DNA from: a virus
IMG/VR virus record: IMGVR_UViG_3300017779_000001
Reading direction: 5' to 3' (one strand)
Length of the DNA stretch: 64,000 nucleotides
Below the pieces are notes generated by a model that was not told the DNA's origin, made no database searches, and saw only the letters and a list, made by a program, of their open reading frames with translations. The position numbers were made by a program, and so were the translations under genes. Of the stretch, positions 9,039 through 18,011 are shown piece by piece. Position 1 is the stretch's first letter. Every line of letters begins with the position of its first letter.

Positions 9039-9408
9039 TTATGTAAAAGCAGTATCATCTACCAAGAAAGACATCATGGTAGATGACATATCTGAGAAAC
9101 AATACGCACCCTTTTTAACAAACAAATCTCTATCGTACCATAGAGATTCTATATATTTTGTACAGGAGATGAACACCTATCACCACCTAGATAATCGTCT
9201 ACAGTTCTCTTTTTTCCTAAATACTCTTCGTAGTAAACAAAGGTTCTCCAAATGGAGTAAACCCTACATAAGTAAAAAAATAGAGGTAGTTAAAGAATAC
9301 TATAAGTGTAATGACAACAAAGCACACGAATACGTAAATATTTTGACTGACTCTCAAATAAAAGAATTGAAGAAAAGAATGAATAAAGGTGGTACAAATA
9401 ATGGATAG
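9019..9408 (+). CDS. gp62: clamp loader small subunit
   Basis: NPFDYVKAV...YAPFLTNKSLS...KQRFSKW; GAGGAG then TTG start. Confidence 0.92.
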   Translation: MKINPFDYVKAVSSTKKDIMVDDISEKQYAPFLTNKSLSYHRDSIYFVQEMNTYHHLDNRLQFSFFLNTLRSKQRFSKWSKPYISKKIEVVKEYYKCNDNKAHEYVNILTDSQIKELKKRMNKGGTNNG

Positions 9409-9805
9409 TTTTGAAGATATTTCCAATCTAGTCGAGATAACTTTCCCCGAAAAAGATGACTTCTTAAAGATAAGGGAGACACTCACCCGTATAGGTGTAG
9501 CTTCTCGGAGAGAAAAGGAACTCTTCCAAAGCTGTCACATACTACACAAAAGAGGTAAGTATTATATCGTACACTTCAAAGAGTTGTTTAAACTAGACGG
9601 AAAACCTAGTACAATTGATGAGACAGATGTCGGTAGAAGAAACAGTATCGTAATTCTCCTTGAACAATGGAAATTATTATCAATAGTAGATAAAGATAAG
9701 GTAAAAGAACCCCTTACACCTTTGTCTCAGATAAAAATTATCCCGTTCAAACAGAAGAGAGAATGGAAACTCACCTCCAAGTATAGTATTGGAAACAAGG
9801 AATAG
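9401..9805 (+). CDS. regA: translational repressor RegA
   Basis: DDFLKIRETLTRIGVAS...QSCHILHKRGKYYIVHFKELF. Confidence 0.97.
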   Translation: MDSFEDISNLVEITFPEKDDFLKIRETLTRIGVASRREKELFQSCHILHKRGKYYIVHFKELFKLDGKPSTIDETDVGRRNSIVILLEQWKLLSIVDKDKVKEPLTPLSQIKIIPFKQKREWKLTSKYSIGNKE

Positions 9806-9813
9806 GAGGAAAT

Positions 9814-10020
9814 ATGTTTCAAGGTATAATAGATTTTGTTATGGGTATATGGAATTTGTTGATGATAGTCCCAGTGGTTATCTCAATTTGTTCAGTGGTC
9901 GTAGCAATAACACCAACCCCACACGATGATAAGGTATGGGCAAAGGTGTATAAATACTTAGAGATTTTAGCACTTGCCGTAGGTAAAGCTAAAGATAAGA
10001 ATCCATTATTGGATAAATAA
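9814..10020 (+). CDS. small membrane protein (holin-like)
   Basis: Hydrophobic N-terminus, TPTPHDD motif, AGGAGG SD. Confidence 0.6.
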   Translation: MFQGIIDFVMGIWNLLMIVPVVISICSVVVAITPTPHDDKVWAKVYKYLEILALAVGKAKDKNPLLDK

Positions 10021-10045
10021 ATATAACTAACGTTAGGAGTATATT

Positions 10046-10321
10046 ATGGAATATTTAATTGGAGCAATAGTATTGGGTGTCTTAGGATACGCAGTCTATG
10101 AATCATTAAGTAAAAGTGATACCAGTTCTAGTGTAGTACCAGTATCGAAACCAACACCTGTAAAAAGGAAAGTTGCAGTTAAGAAAACGGTACCACCAGT
10201 TGCAGATTTGAAAACAATGACAAAGCAACAGTTAGTCGAGTTTGCAGACAAGAACAACATTAAAGTTGTGAAGTCTAAAACAAAAGCTGACATCATTAGA
10301 ACTATTTCTTCAGTAAAATAA
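10046..10321 (+). CDS. membrane-anchored protein with a C-terminal helical (Rho-N/HeH-like) domain
   Basis: N-terminal TM; LKTMTKQQLVEFA...KTKADII. Confidence 0.6.
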   Translation: MEYLIGAIVLGVLGYAVYESLSKSDTSSSVVPVSKPTPVKRKVAVKKTVPPVADLKTMTKQQLVEFADKNNIKVVKSKTKADIIRTISSVK

Positions 10322-10340
10322 GAAGAACACACTTGAAGAG

Positions 10341-10367
10341 AGGGACTCACATGAGTCCCTTTTTTTT
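10341..10367 (+). terminator. intrinsic terminator
   Basis: AGGGACTC-ACAT-GAGTCCCT followed by a T run. Confidence 0.9.
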
Positions 10368-10389
10368 ATCCCGAAGAAACGAGTATTCT

Positions 10390-10397
10390 TATAAATA
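10390..10397 (+). promoter_or_regulatory. T4-type late promoter of the curli operon
   Basis: TATAAATA, 5 nt before ATG 10403. Confidence 0.75.
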
Positions 10398-10402
10398 ACA
10401 GT

Positions 10403-10699
10403 ATGGACTTTGTTTTTGAATTGATAAGTGAATTGGGATTTCCTATAGCAGGTGGAATTGTTATGGGCATTTTTATATTCGTTATCATCAAACAAATACT
10501 ACAAGGCATTGTAGACCAAATTAAAACACTAACAATGTTCTGTACGTCATTAGAAAATCGTGCAAGAACCATGTCAAATGAAATGACAAAGATAGACATG
10601 TTAGTCTCGTCAGCTCTCCAACTAAGACCCGACATTGAAAGGGTTGCTAGGGCAGAGAACTTTATAGAAGATGGGAAACTAGATGTAAGGAGAGACTAG
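10403..10699 (+). CDS. small membrane protein (YvrJ-like GFPI motif)
   Basis: LISELGFPI + TM + coiled coil. Confidence 0.7.
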   Translation: MDFVFELISELGFPIAGGIVMGIFIFVIIKQILQGIVDQIKTLTMFCTSLENRARTMSNEMTKIDMLVSSALQLRPDIERVARAENFIEDGKLDVRRD

Positions 10700-10986
10700 T
10701 GGAAGAAGTAAACATAGTCGAACTTATATCACAGTATGGATTTCCTATCGTCATGGCAGTTGGTTTAGGTTACTTTATATATTATGTGTGGTGGTTTATT
10801 GGTGAACACATAGAACCCGAAATTGAAAAGATGCATATAGCATTGATTCGTGTAATCGACCAAACAAGGATGTTAGACCAAGACCTTATACGACTGAAAA
10901 CAAAAGTGGACGTTGTGTTAGAATATAAAGAAAATGAGAAAAAAAAGGGAAAAGGTAAAACGAATGAAAAACATAATTCTAATTAG
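10699..10986 (+). CDS. small membrane protein, paralog of the preceding gene
   Basis: LISQYGFPI + TM + coiled coil; AAGGAG SD, GTG start. Confidence 0.7.
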   Translation: MEEVNIVELISQYGFPIVMAVGLGYFIYYVWWFIGEHIEPEIEKMHIALIRVIDQTRMLDQDLIRLKTKVDVVLEYKENEKKKGKGKTNEKHNSN

Positions 10987-11443
10987 TGGACTTCTTTTAT
11001 TCAGTATAAGTGCAAGTTCTGATATAGTTCACAAATTCAAGAACCCCAGTTTCAGTGGGGTAGGTACTGGAGCTCATTATCTCACAATTGAGAATCAAGA
11101 AAGCTCAAGAAAAAAAACAATTAAAGATGCTCTTGAAGCTGCAAGGAAAGCTGCATTAAGAGAAGAAGAAAATTCTACACTTGCAAAATTTATTAGAAAT
11201 TTAGAATCAAGAATTTACTCACAGTTATCAAAACAATTAGTAGAATCAATGTTCAGTAATGATAATGCATCAAACTTTGGTTCATTTGTTTTGGAAGGAA
11301 GCACTATAACATGGGAAGTTATCACTGGTGCAGATGGAACAGATTTTATTAAAATGACCATTGTTGATAGTGACGGAACAACAACAGTTATAGAAATACC
11401 TGTAGGAACAGGTAACTTTGGTCAAGACCCCGATGGAGGGTAA
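10964..11443 (+). CDS. csgF: curli assembly protein CsgF
   Basis: Signal peptide, then DIVHKFKNPSFSG (CsgF N-terminal motif); C-terminal TTVIEIP. Confidence 0.85.
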   Translation: MKNIILISGLLLFSISASSDIVHKFKNPSFSGVGTGAHYLTIENQESSRKKTIKDALEAARKAALREEENSTLAKFIRNLESRIYSQLSKQLVESMFSNDNASNFGSFVLEGSTITWEVITGADGTDFIKMTIVDSDGTTTVIEIPVGTGNFGQDPDGG

Positions 11444-11444
11444 A

Positions 11445-12410
11445 GTGGTACGATGTTTGCATGTATTACTAAGTGTCATTTTAATGACGGGGTGTGCATC
11501 ATTTCCACAATGGAGTGAGAACCCCCAAGACTGTAATGACACAGCAGGGAAGTACACTGAAGGTTTTAATAGACACTTGCAAATGGGTATACAGAAATCC
11601 ATGGCACGAAAGTATATTTGTGTCGACAACCCTGAGGTAGTAAGTCTACCATCGTATATAGAACTTTTAGAACTACCACCAGCAAAAGACAAACCAGTCG
11701 TTGCAGTATATAATTTTTTAGATAAGACTGGTCAAAGAAAAGCAAGAGAAGGTATTGCAGACTTTTCAACTGCAGTCACACAGGGTGCAACCGAAATGGT
11801 TATTGATGCACTCAAGACAGCAGGTGGTGGAACATGGTTTCGTGTTGTGGAAAGAAATGGTATAGACAATCTCGTAAGAGAAAGACAAATCATTCGTTCT
11901 GCAAGACAGGATTATGCAACAGCAACTGAGACATCAGCAAAGGGTGTACAACCCTTATTATTCGCAGGAATAATTATTGAAGGTGGTGTTATAGGTTATG
12001 ATACAAATCTTATGTCAGGTGGACGAGGCGCACGAACACTAGGCATAGGATATGCAAAACAATATCGTAAAGATGTTGTTACTATAAGCATGAGAGCAGT
12101 ATCTGTTCTCACGGGTGAAGTATTATTAAACGTTCAAACACGTAAGTCTGTATTGTCTTACGGTTCTTCAGGTGACATTTTTAGATTCATCGAACAGGGA
12201 ACACAACTTGTTGAATATGAGGACGGAGTGGGAAATAATGAATCAGTGACGTATGCAGTACGTACAGCTATTGAAGCTGCAGTACTGGAATTAATATACC
12301 AAGGACACGATAGAGGTTTTTGGAAAATAGAGGATGGACATCGTCATCCCCACCAATCTAATGGGACTAACGATTTACATTCAACAAAAGAGGTAAACGA
12401 AAATGAATAA
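11445..12410 (+). CDS. csgG: curli secretion channel lipoprotein CsgG
   Basis: Lipobox LMTGC; VAVYNFLDKTGQRK, STAVTQGA, WFRVVER, LVRERQIIR, EGGVIGYD. Confidence 0.95.
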   Translation: MVRCLHVLLSVILMTGCASFPQWSENPQDCNDTAGKYTEGFNRHLQMGIQKSMARKYICVDNPEVVSLPSYIELLELPPAKDKPVVAVYNFLDKTGQRKAREGIADFSTAVTQGATEMVIDALKTAGGGTWFRVVERNGIDNLVRERQIIRSARQDYATATETSAKGVQPLLFAGIIIEGGVIGYDTNLMSGGRGARTLGIGYAKQYRKDVVTISMRAVSVLTGEVLLNVQTRKSVLSYGSSGDIFRFIEQGTQLVEYEDGVGNNESVTYAVRTAIEAAVLELIYQGHDRGFWKIEDGHRHPHQSNGTNDLHSTKEVNENE

Positions 12411-13143
12411 ACTAATTAGTTTAGTATTATTAATGTCGACAACATTCGTATTCGCACAAGCCACTGATGATAATGAAATTAAAATCACACAATCAGGTGA
12501 TACGTTGAAACTTTACATCGACCAAATCGGTTTTGGTAACAAAATCGGTGGAGACAATGGTTCTTCAGGTAGTGTATCAAGTGCAATGGCAATTACTGGT
12601 AGTTCTTTAGAATTTGATTTAGATTTCAACGGTAACAATAATGTCCTATTCGGGCCTGTTACTGCAGACAGTTCTATTTACAAGTTAGATTTCACAGGAG
12701 ATTCTAACGTAATAGACTGGAAAATTGGTGATACAGGTAGTGCAGATTCATCGGACATCAACTTTGATGTAACAGGAAGTAGTAATACTTTTGATATAGA
12801 CCAAGGTAGTGTAGCGAGTTCCGAATCTTTAGATGCAGACTTAATATTAATCGGTAGTTCAAATATTTTTGATATAGATTGGGAAGCAGATAACTTGACA
12901 TGGAATTTTGATGTCACTGGTTCTTCTAATAACATAAACACTTTACAGAATGATGCTAGTGACTCTTCACTAACATTCACTCACGATGGTGATAGTGCAG
13001 ATGTAGACATCAATCAGATGACAGGAACTTGTCCGACTGGTGTTACAGGGTGTTCTTCACCAACTAGTATTATAACACTAGATGTTACAAGTGATAATGC
13101 AGTTATTCAAATCAATCAAAAAGATTCAGCTAACGATTCTTAA
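12403..13143 (+). CDS. curlin-like secreted beta-solenoid protein (CsgA/CsgB-like)
   Basis: Signal peptide; NEIKITQSG, IDQIGFGN and repeated GxxN strands; directly after csgG. Confidence 0.7.
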   Translation: MNKLISLVLLMSTTFVFAQATDDNEIKITQSGDTLKLYIDQIGFGNKIGGDNGSSGSVSSAMAITGSSLEFDLDFNGNNNVLFGPVTADSSIYKLDFTGDSNVIDWKIGDTGSADSSDINFDVTGSSNTFDIDQGSVASSESLDADLILIGSSNIFDIDWEADNLTWNFDVTGSSNNINTLQNDASDSSLTFTHDGDSADVDINQMTGTCPTGVTGCSSPTSIITLDVTSDNAVIQINQKDSANDS

Positions 13144-14245
13144 CATTTTATTATTCAGTGGGGTTGCATTAAGTAACCCCATTGGTGATGTTAAAGAATT
13201 GACAGGATTCGCAACACTCCTACGCGAAGATAATCCACAAGATATAAACGAAGGGTACGAAGTAGTCTTATACGATGAGGCACGTACTGGAGACGGTAGA
13301 ATGTTAATAGAGTTCTTAGACGAAGAAGAACTTGCACTTACTGAACACTCCATAGTGTATATCGATGAAGCATACTATGACCCCGACCCATCAAAATCTA
13401 AGATGGCAATCAATATGGTTCAGGGTACAGCTCGATTTGCATCAGGAACTGGAAGTAGAATACGTAAATCAAACATAAGTGTAACAACACCTACAGCACA
13501 AATTGCCATTAGAGGCACAAATTTTACAACAACAATAGATGAATTAGGTAGAACACTTGTGATATTACTACCTGATGAAGATGGTGTGACACCTTCAGGT
13601 GAGATAGATGTATCAAACGAAGGTGGAACAATTACACTTAGTAAAGCTTTTGAAGCAACAATGGTTTCAACAGTTGAGTCACCTCCAAGTAGAAGTGTCG
13701 TTATAAATAATATCACCACATCATTAATCGACAATATGTTTATTGTAAATCCCCCCGAGGAAGTACAAAAGGTTGTCGAAGAAGAAGCAATCAGTGACTT
13801 GGAAGAAGACCAAGGAATATTAGACATAGACTTTCTAGAGTTTGATGACCTTGAGAGTGATTCTCTTGCAGACACAACAGTTGATTTAGAATACTCAGAA
13901 TTAGATATCGACATGTTAGATGTTGATTTCTTAACCGACCTACTAGATGTGGTCGAAGAATTAGAAAGGACTACACTCAGTCTTAGAGACACACAAACAC
14001 AAACAGGAAGTGGTGCATTCAACATACAGGGTGCAACAACAGGATTTAACAAAGATTCACAATATAATGTTTTTGTTCAAGATGGAGATTTATATCTCTT
14101 CAGAAACGTAAACGGAGTGATTGAGATAATCATTGCACAAGGTGGAAGCGGTTACGTTGAAACGATTGTTGATGGATATGAGGGAGTTATTCAATTTGGT
14201 AACGGTGACCCTAGTATTGAAATATTTATCAATCAGTCAAACTAA
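13097..14245 (+). CDS. FecR-domain periplasmic protein with an acidic linker
   Basis: Signal peptide; DEARTGDG...LTEHS...TPTAQIAIRGTNF FecR motif. Confidence 0.85.
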   Translation: MQLFKSIKKIQLTILNILLFSGVALSNPIGDVKELTGFATLLREDNPQDINEGYEVVLYDEARTGDGRMLIEFLDEEELALTEHSIVYIDEAYYDPDPSKSKMAINMVQGTARFASGTGSRIRKSNISVTTPTAQIAIRGTNFTTTIDELGRTLVILLPDEDGVTPSGEIDVSNEGGTITLSKAFEATMVSTVESPPSRSVVINNITTSLIDNMFIVNPPEEVQKVVEEEAISDLEEDQGILDIDFLEFDDLESDSLADTTVDLEYSELDIDMLDVDFLTDLLDVVEELERTTLSLRDTQTQTGSGAFNIQGATTGFNKDSQYNVFVQDGDLYLFRNVNGVIEIIIAQGGSGYVETIVDGYEGVIQFGNGDPSIEIFINQSN

Positions 14246-14259
14246 ATATAGGAGAATAT

Positions 14260-14400
14260 ATGTTAAGTAAGATAAAGGAATGGCACGAGAACTCTTTATA
14301 CAGTTTTCAAAAAGGGTTACGACTAGATGACTATCACATGATGTGGTTAGCATTTGGTAAAGGTGTCCTTTTGGTATTATTATTACAATGGATATTTTAA
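14260..14400 (+). CDS. small membrane protein (46 aa, not in ORF track)
   Basis: AGGAG SD; MLSKIKEWHE...WLAFGKGVLLVLLLQWIF; ACTAAATA late-like promoter at 14241. Confidence 0.65.
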   Translation: MLSKIKEWHENSLYSFQKGLRLDDYHMMWLAFGKGVLLVLLLQWIF

Positions 14401-15116
14401 CTAAATTGAAGTCAGTATTTGTGGGGATGTTAATCATCCCCATGATTACTATAGCTGACGATAATGAAATCAATATCACACAGACAGGTGATAACTTTCA
14501 GTTGGGTATTGACCAAATTGGATATGATAATAAGATACAAATGTTAGATATCAATTCATTCATTACTGCATCAAGTTTAGATATGTATTTGGTACAAGTA
14601 AATACGAATGCAAATGCTAATCCTAATACAATTACTTTTGACGAAATCAGTGGTTCGAATAATCAAATGAAACTTGCACAAGGAGTTGCATGGACTACAC
14701 TTGATTCTGATACTGATTTAACTTGGTATGGTGATAGTTATGAGTCAGGTGGACATGAGATAGATATTACTCTTTATGGTGACTACAACAAGTTAGCAGT
14801 CCAACAAACTAATCAGACAGGTGCAACAGATGGACATGATTTTGATTTACACTTAGCTGGGGATTATAACGAAGTTAAAATTAAACAACAAAGTAATGGT
14901 GCAAAAAATATAGGTCTTACAATTTACAATGACTATAACGATGTATTCATTCGTCAAAAAGGTAATGGTGCTACTCATAATGCAAACATAACTCTTGACG
15001 GATTATACGGTACCGATTTAATCCTAAAACAAATGAGTACTACAAATCAAACATACAATCTAAGTCTTGATTGTATGACAGTTGGTGGTTGTGGAGTGAC
15101 AGTTACACAGGAATAA
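14388..15116 (+). CDS. second curlin-like secreted protein
   Basis: Signal peptide; DDNEINITQTG, IDQIGYDN, repeats GDYNKLAVQQ/GDYNEVKIKQ/NDYNDVFIRQ. Confidence 0.72.
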   Translation: MDILTKLKSVFVGMLIIPMITIADDNEINITQTGDNFQLGIDQIGYDNKIQMLDINSFITASSLDMYLVQVNTNANANPNTITFDEISGSNNQMKLAQGVAWTTLDSDTDLTWYGDSYESGGHEIDITLYGDYNKLAVQQTNQTGATDGHDFDLHLAGDYNEVKIKQQSNGAKNIGLTIYNDYNDVFIRQKGNGATHNANITLDGLYGTDLILKQMSTTNQTYNLSLDCMTVGGCGVTVTQE

Positions 15117-15118
15117 TT

Positions 15119-15430
15119 ATGAATTTAGATATGTTCGGAAATCCTATAGGAACTAAATACCCAGGCGAGGAGGGTTGTCCTGAAGGTATGATGTGTATTC
15201 CTGAGAATGAATTCCACTTGATGCTTACAGATAATAATATGCAATATACTGTGGAAGGAAATATTGAACCTGCTCAAGGTGATGCTGAAGCGATTATTGA
15301 TTTTACAAAGGATTTACTCTTTTTAGATATTAGTGTAATCCTGAATATGGCAGTTCCCTTAACGATATTTGCAATATATGGTTTAACAATTTACGCTGCA
15401 GTAAAATACATTCAAAAGAGATTAAGTTAA
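15119..15430 (+). CDS. hypothetical protein with C-terminal TM helix
   Basis: ORF fills the gap; hydrophobic C-terminus. Confidence 0.65.
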   Translation: MNLDMFGNPIGTKYPGEEGCPEGMMCIPENEFHLMLTDNNMQYTVEGNIEPAQGDAEAIIDFTKDLLFLDISVILNMAVPLTIFAIYGLTIYAAVKYIQKRLS

Positions 15431-15834
15431 TGGCATATTCACAGAAAGTTATAGACAGATTCGAGGGTGTTCTCAATGCACCCGAACAATTTTCAGTTGG
15501 TAGATTCGACCCCAACGACCCAAACGTTGCAACAGGAATGACAGGAGCCCCAGCATGTGGTGATGTCATGAAACTGCAACTCAAACTTGACGAAAAAGAG
15601 ATGATAATAGATGTCAAATTCAAAACCTATGGATGTGGAAGTGCAATTGCAAGCAGTTCGTTGTTCGTTGATTTACTCAAAGGTAAAACGATTGCAGAAG
15701 CAAAACAGATTAAAGATAAAGAGATTGCAGAAATCCTTGAATTACCTCCAATCAAATTACACTGTTCAGTCCTTGCAGAAGACTCAATCAAAAAAGCAAT
15801 AGAGGATTGGGAATCTAAGAACGAGAATGTATAG
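15430..15834 (+). CDS. iscU: Fe-S cluster scaffold IscU
   Basis: GAPACGDVMKLQ, FKTYGCGSAIASSS, LPPIKLHCSVLAED. Confidence 0.97.
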   Translation: MAYSQKVIDRFEGVLNAPEQFSVGRFDPNDPNVATGMTGAPACGDVMKLQLKLDEKEMIIDVKFKTYGCGSAIASSSLFVDLLKGKTIAEAKQIKDKEIAEILELPPIKLHCSVLAEDSIKKAIEDWESKNENV

Positions 15835-17689
15835 TTGGAAAACTGTATTAGTAACGATAAGTTTACTAGTCGGTATTAAAGTATGGAACCCATACATCGT
15901 AGAGAATATACAATGGTCATGGTTTGATTTTTTACATCAACAACACAAAGAAGTACAAGTAGACGACATTGTTCTAGTCAACATAGATGAGAAATCTATA
16001 GAGAAGTATGGTCAATACCCGTTTCCTAGAAACGTTTATGGTGATACACTATGGGACACTCATCACACTAACACCCATGTTTTTTCAATTATTTTTTCAG
16101 AACCTGATAGGTTCTCAGGAGATGAAGTATTTGCAAATGGATTAGTCAATCGATTATCTATTTTAGGAGCTGCACCCACTACACAAAAAGATACAGGTTC
16201 TGCACCATATGTTAGAACAAGTGTGTTTGGTGGTGGAGATATTACACTTCATGCATGGAATTACGATGGAATTTTAAATCCCGTCTCTACGCTAATGGAT
16301 AACACATATGGTGTGGGGGTAACGGTTGCAACTCCATCAATCTCAGGAACACCAAATTTTGACGGTACAGTACGTTCTGCACCACTCCTAGTCACTGCAA
16401 ATGACGTAGTGTATCCGAGTGTAGTTTTAGAGACTCTCAGAGCATTTTATGACCAACCCAACTACCAAACTAGAGTTACACCCGAGACAGGTATTGAGTG
16501 GATTAGAATGGGTAGAGAGAAACCTATTGAGACAACATCCACTGCAGATGTAATGATATCTTACTGGAATAAGTTTCCCTCTATTTCTTTTGCAGACTTA
16601 CCTAGTTCTGATGTTCAGAATAAGATTCTAATCTATGGTCTAACTGCAGAGGGTTTGAATAATCCAGTTTCAACCCCAGTGGGTGTAATGTATCCCCACG
16701 AAGTTCAAGCCTCTCTTTTACAAACCGTTTTGACAGGAGTTCAAATACAACAATCCTACTATCTTGAATTCTTAGAGATTGTTCTTTTAATGACAGTCCT
16801 TCTAATGACTCTTCTTGTGGTCTACAACGTTCCCACAACTCTTGCGGCTCTAGTCTCTTTAGGAATAGTAGGTCTTCAGGTGTATGGGGGATATTGGTTA
16901 TGGACTTCAAGTTACGTTCTTTTCGATACCTTCTTTTCATCGGTAGCCTCCTTGATAGTTTTTGGACATGCATCTTTCAACAAATACTATAAAACATTTC
17001 AACTCAAAGAACAAATTAAGAAACAGTTCCAAAAGTATTTATCCCCCGACATGGTTGACCAACTTGCAAAAGACCCATCAAAATTAAAGTTAGGTGGAGA
17101 GAGAAAAGAAATGACTTTCATGTTCATGGACATCTGTGGATTTACTCCAATCAGTGAACACTACAAGAACAATGATGACCCCGAAGGATTAGTTGAATTG
17201 GTAAATAAGTTTTTGGACATGCAAACTAAGATAATCCTAAATAACAATGGAACCATTGACAAGTATATGGGCGACTGCATCATGGCATTTTGGAATGCAC
17301 CTTTGGATTGTCCCGACCATTCAGAACTTGCAGTCAAATCGTCAATAGAAATACTCGAAGCAACCAAGGAACTTAATGAAGAACTTTCTCCTCTCAATCT
17401 ACCTCCTATTAATGTCGGCATCGGCATTTCCACAGGAACCTGTATTGTCGGGAACATGGGTTCAGAACTTAGATTTGACTATTCCGTCATTGGAGATGCC
17501 GTCAACCTCGGTGCTAGACTCGAAGGCCAAACGAGAAATTATGATGGGGTTGACGTGTTGTTATCAGAAGAAACATATAGACAGTGTACATCAAGAGCAT
17601 TTTCTGAAGTCGATAGAATACTCGTTAAAGGTAAATCCGAAAAAGTTCGTATCTTCACTCCACTGGAACTTTCAAGAAAGACCATCTAG
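15827..17689 (+). CDS. CHASE2-domain class III adenylate/guanylate cyclase
   Basis: IVLVNIDEKS...YPFPR (CHASE2), three TM helices, FMDICGFT, DKYMGDCIMAFW, YSVIGDAVNLGARLE, VKGK. Confidence 0.95.
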   Translation: MYSWKTVLVTISLLVGIKVWNPYIVENIQWSWFDFLHQQHKEVQVDDIVLVNIDEKSIEKYGQYPFPRNVYGDTLWDTHHTNTHVFSIIFSEPDRFSGDEVFANGLVNRLSILGAAPTTQKDTGSAPYVRTSVFGGGDITLHAWNYDGILNPVSTLMDNTYGVGVTVATPSISGTPNFDGTVRSAPLLVTANDVVYPSVVLETLRAFYDQPNYQTRVTPETGIEWIRMGREKPIETTSTADVMISYWNKFPSISFADLPSSDVQNKILIYGLTAEGLNNPVSTPVGVMYPHEVQASLLQTVLTGVQIQQSYYLEFLEIVLLMTVLLMTLLVVYNVPTTLAALVSLGIVGLQVYGGYWLWTSSYVLFDTFFSSVASLIVFGHASFNKYYKTFQLKEQIKKQFQKYLSPDMVDQLAKDPSKLKLGGERKEMTFMFMDICGFTPISEHYKNNDDPEGLVELVNKFLDMQTKIILNNNGTIDKYMGDCIMAFWNAPLDCPDHSELAVKSSIEILEATKELNEELSPLNLPPINVGIGISTGTCIVGNMGSELRFDYSVIGDAVNLGARLEGQTRNYDGVDVLLSEETYRQCTSRAFSEVDRILVKGKSEKVRIFTPLELSRKTI

Positions 17690-17978
17690 AGCTTTGATGG
17701 CAGTGTATTACACACTGCAGATTGCAGACATTTGGACGACACAACGGGGAATGGATTATGAATGTGTGTACGAACAGAATCCTTTACTACCTAGAGTCCC
17801 AAGTACAGAAAGATTAATACTACACAAAGTTGTATTCACATCACCTGTGTGGATACTAGACAAAGAAAATCTTCTCAAAAAAGGAGATGTTATATTCCCT
17901 ACCATGTTAATGACATATGTTATACACCATAATTTAAAAGTTATAGATAGAGCATCTAAAAGATGTAACAAAAGGTAA
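17376..17978 (+). CDS. hypothetical exported/membrane protein whose 5' 314 nt overlap the cyclase
   Basis: AAGGA SD, signal peptide MKNFLLSIYLLLMSASA; C-terminal half (ADIWTT..G...EQNPLL) is non-overlapping. Alternative start 17697. Confidence 0.6.
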   Translation: MKNFLLSIYLLLMSASAFPQEPVLSGTWVQNLDLTIPSLEMPSTSVLDSKAKREIMMGLTCCYQKKHIDSVHQEHFLKSIEYSLKVNPKKFVSSLHWNFQERPSRALMAVYYTLQIADIWTTQRGMDYECVYEQNPLLPRVPSTERLILHKVVFTSPVWILDKENLLKKGDVIFPTMLMTYVIHHNLKVIDRASKRCNKR

Positions 17979-18011
17979 CACTAAATAATATACAAATTAT
18001 GGAGATATATT

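Noticed and set aside
13420-14052. Long minus-strand ORFs (also 38931-39626, 42324-42938, 33973-34467)
   Set aside because: Antisense shadows of + strand genes with S/L/F-rich composition and no SD, promoter or motif.
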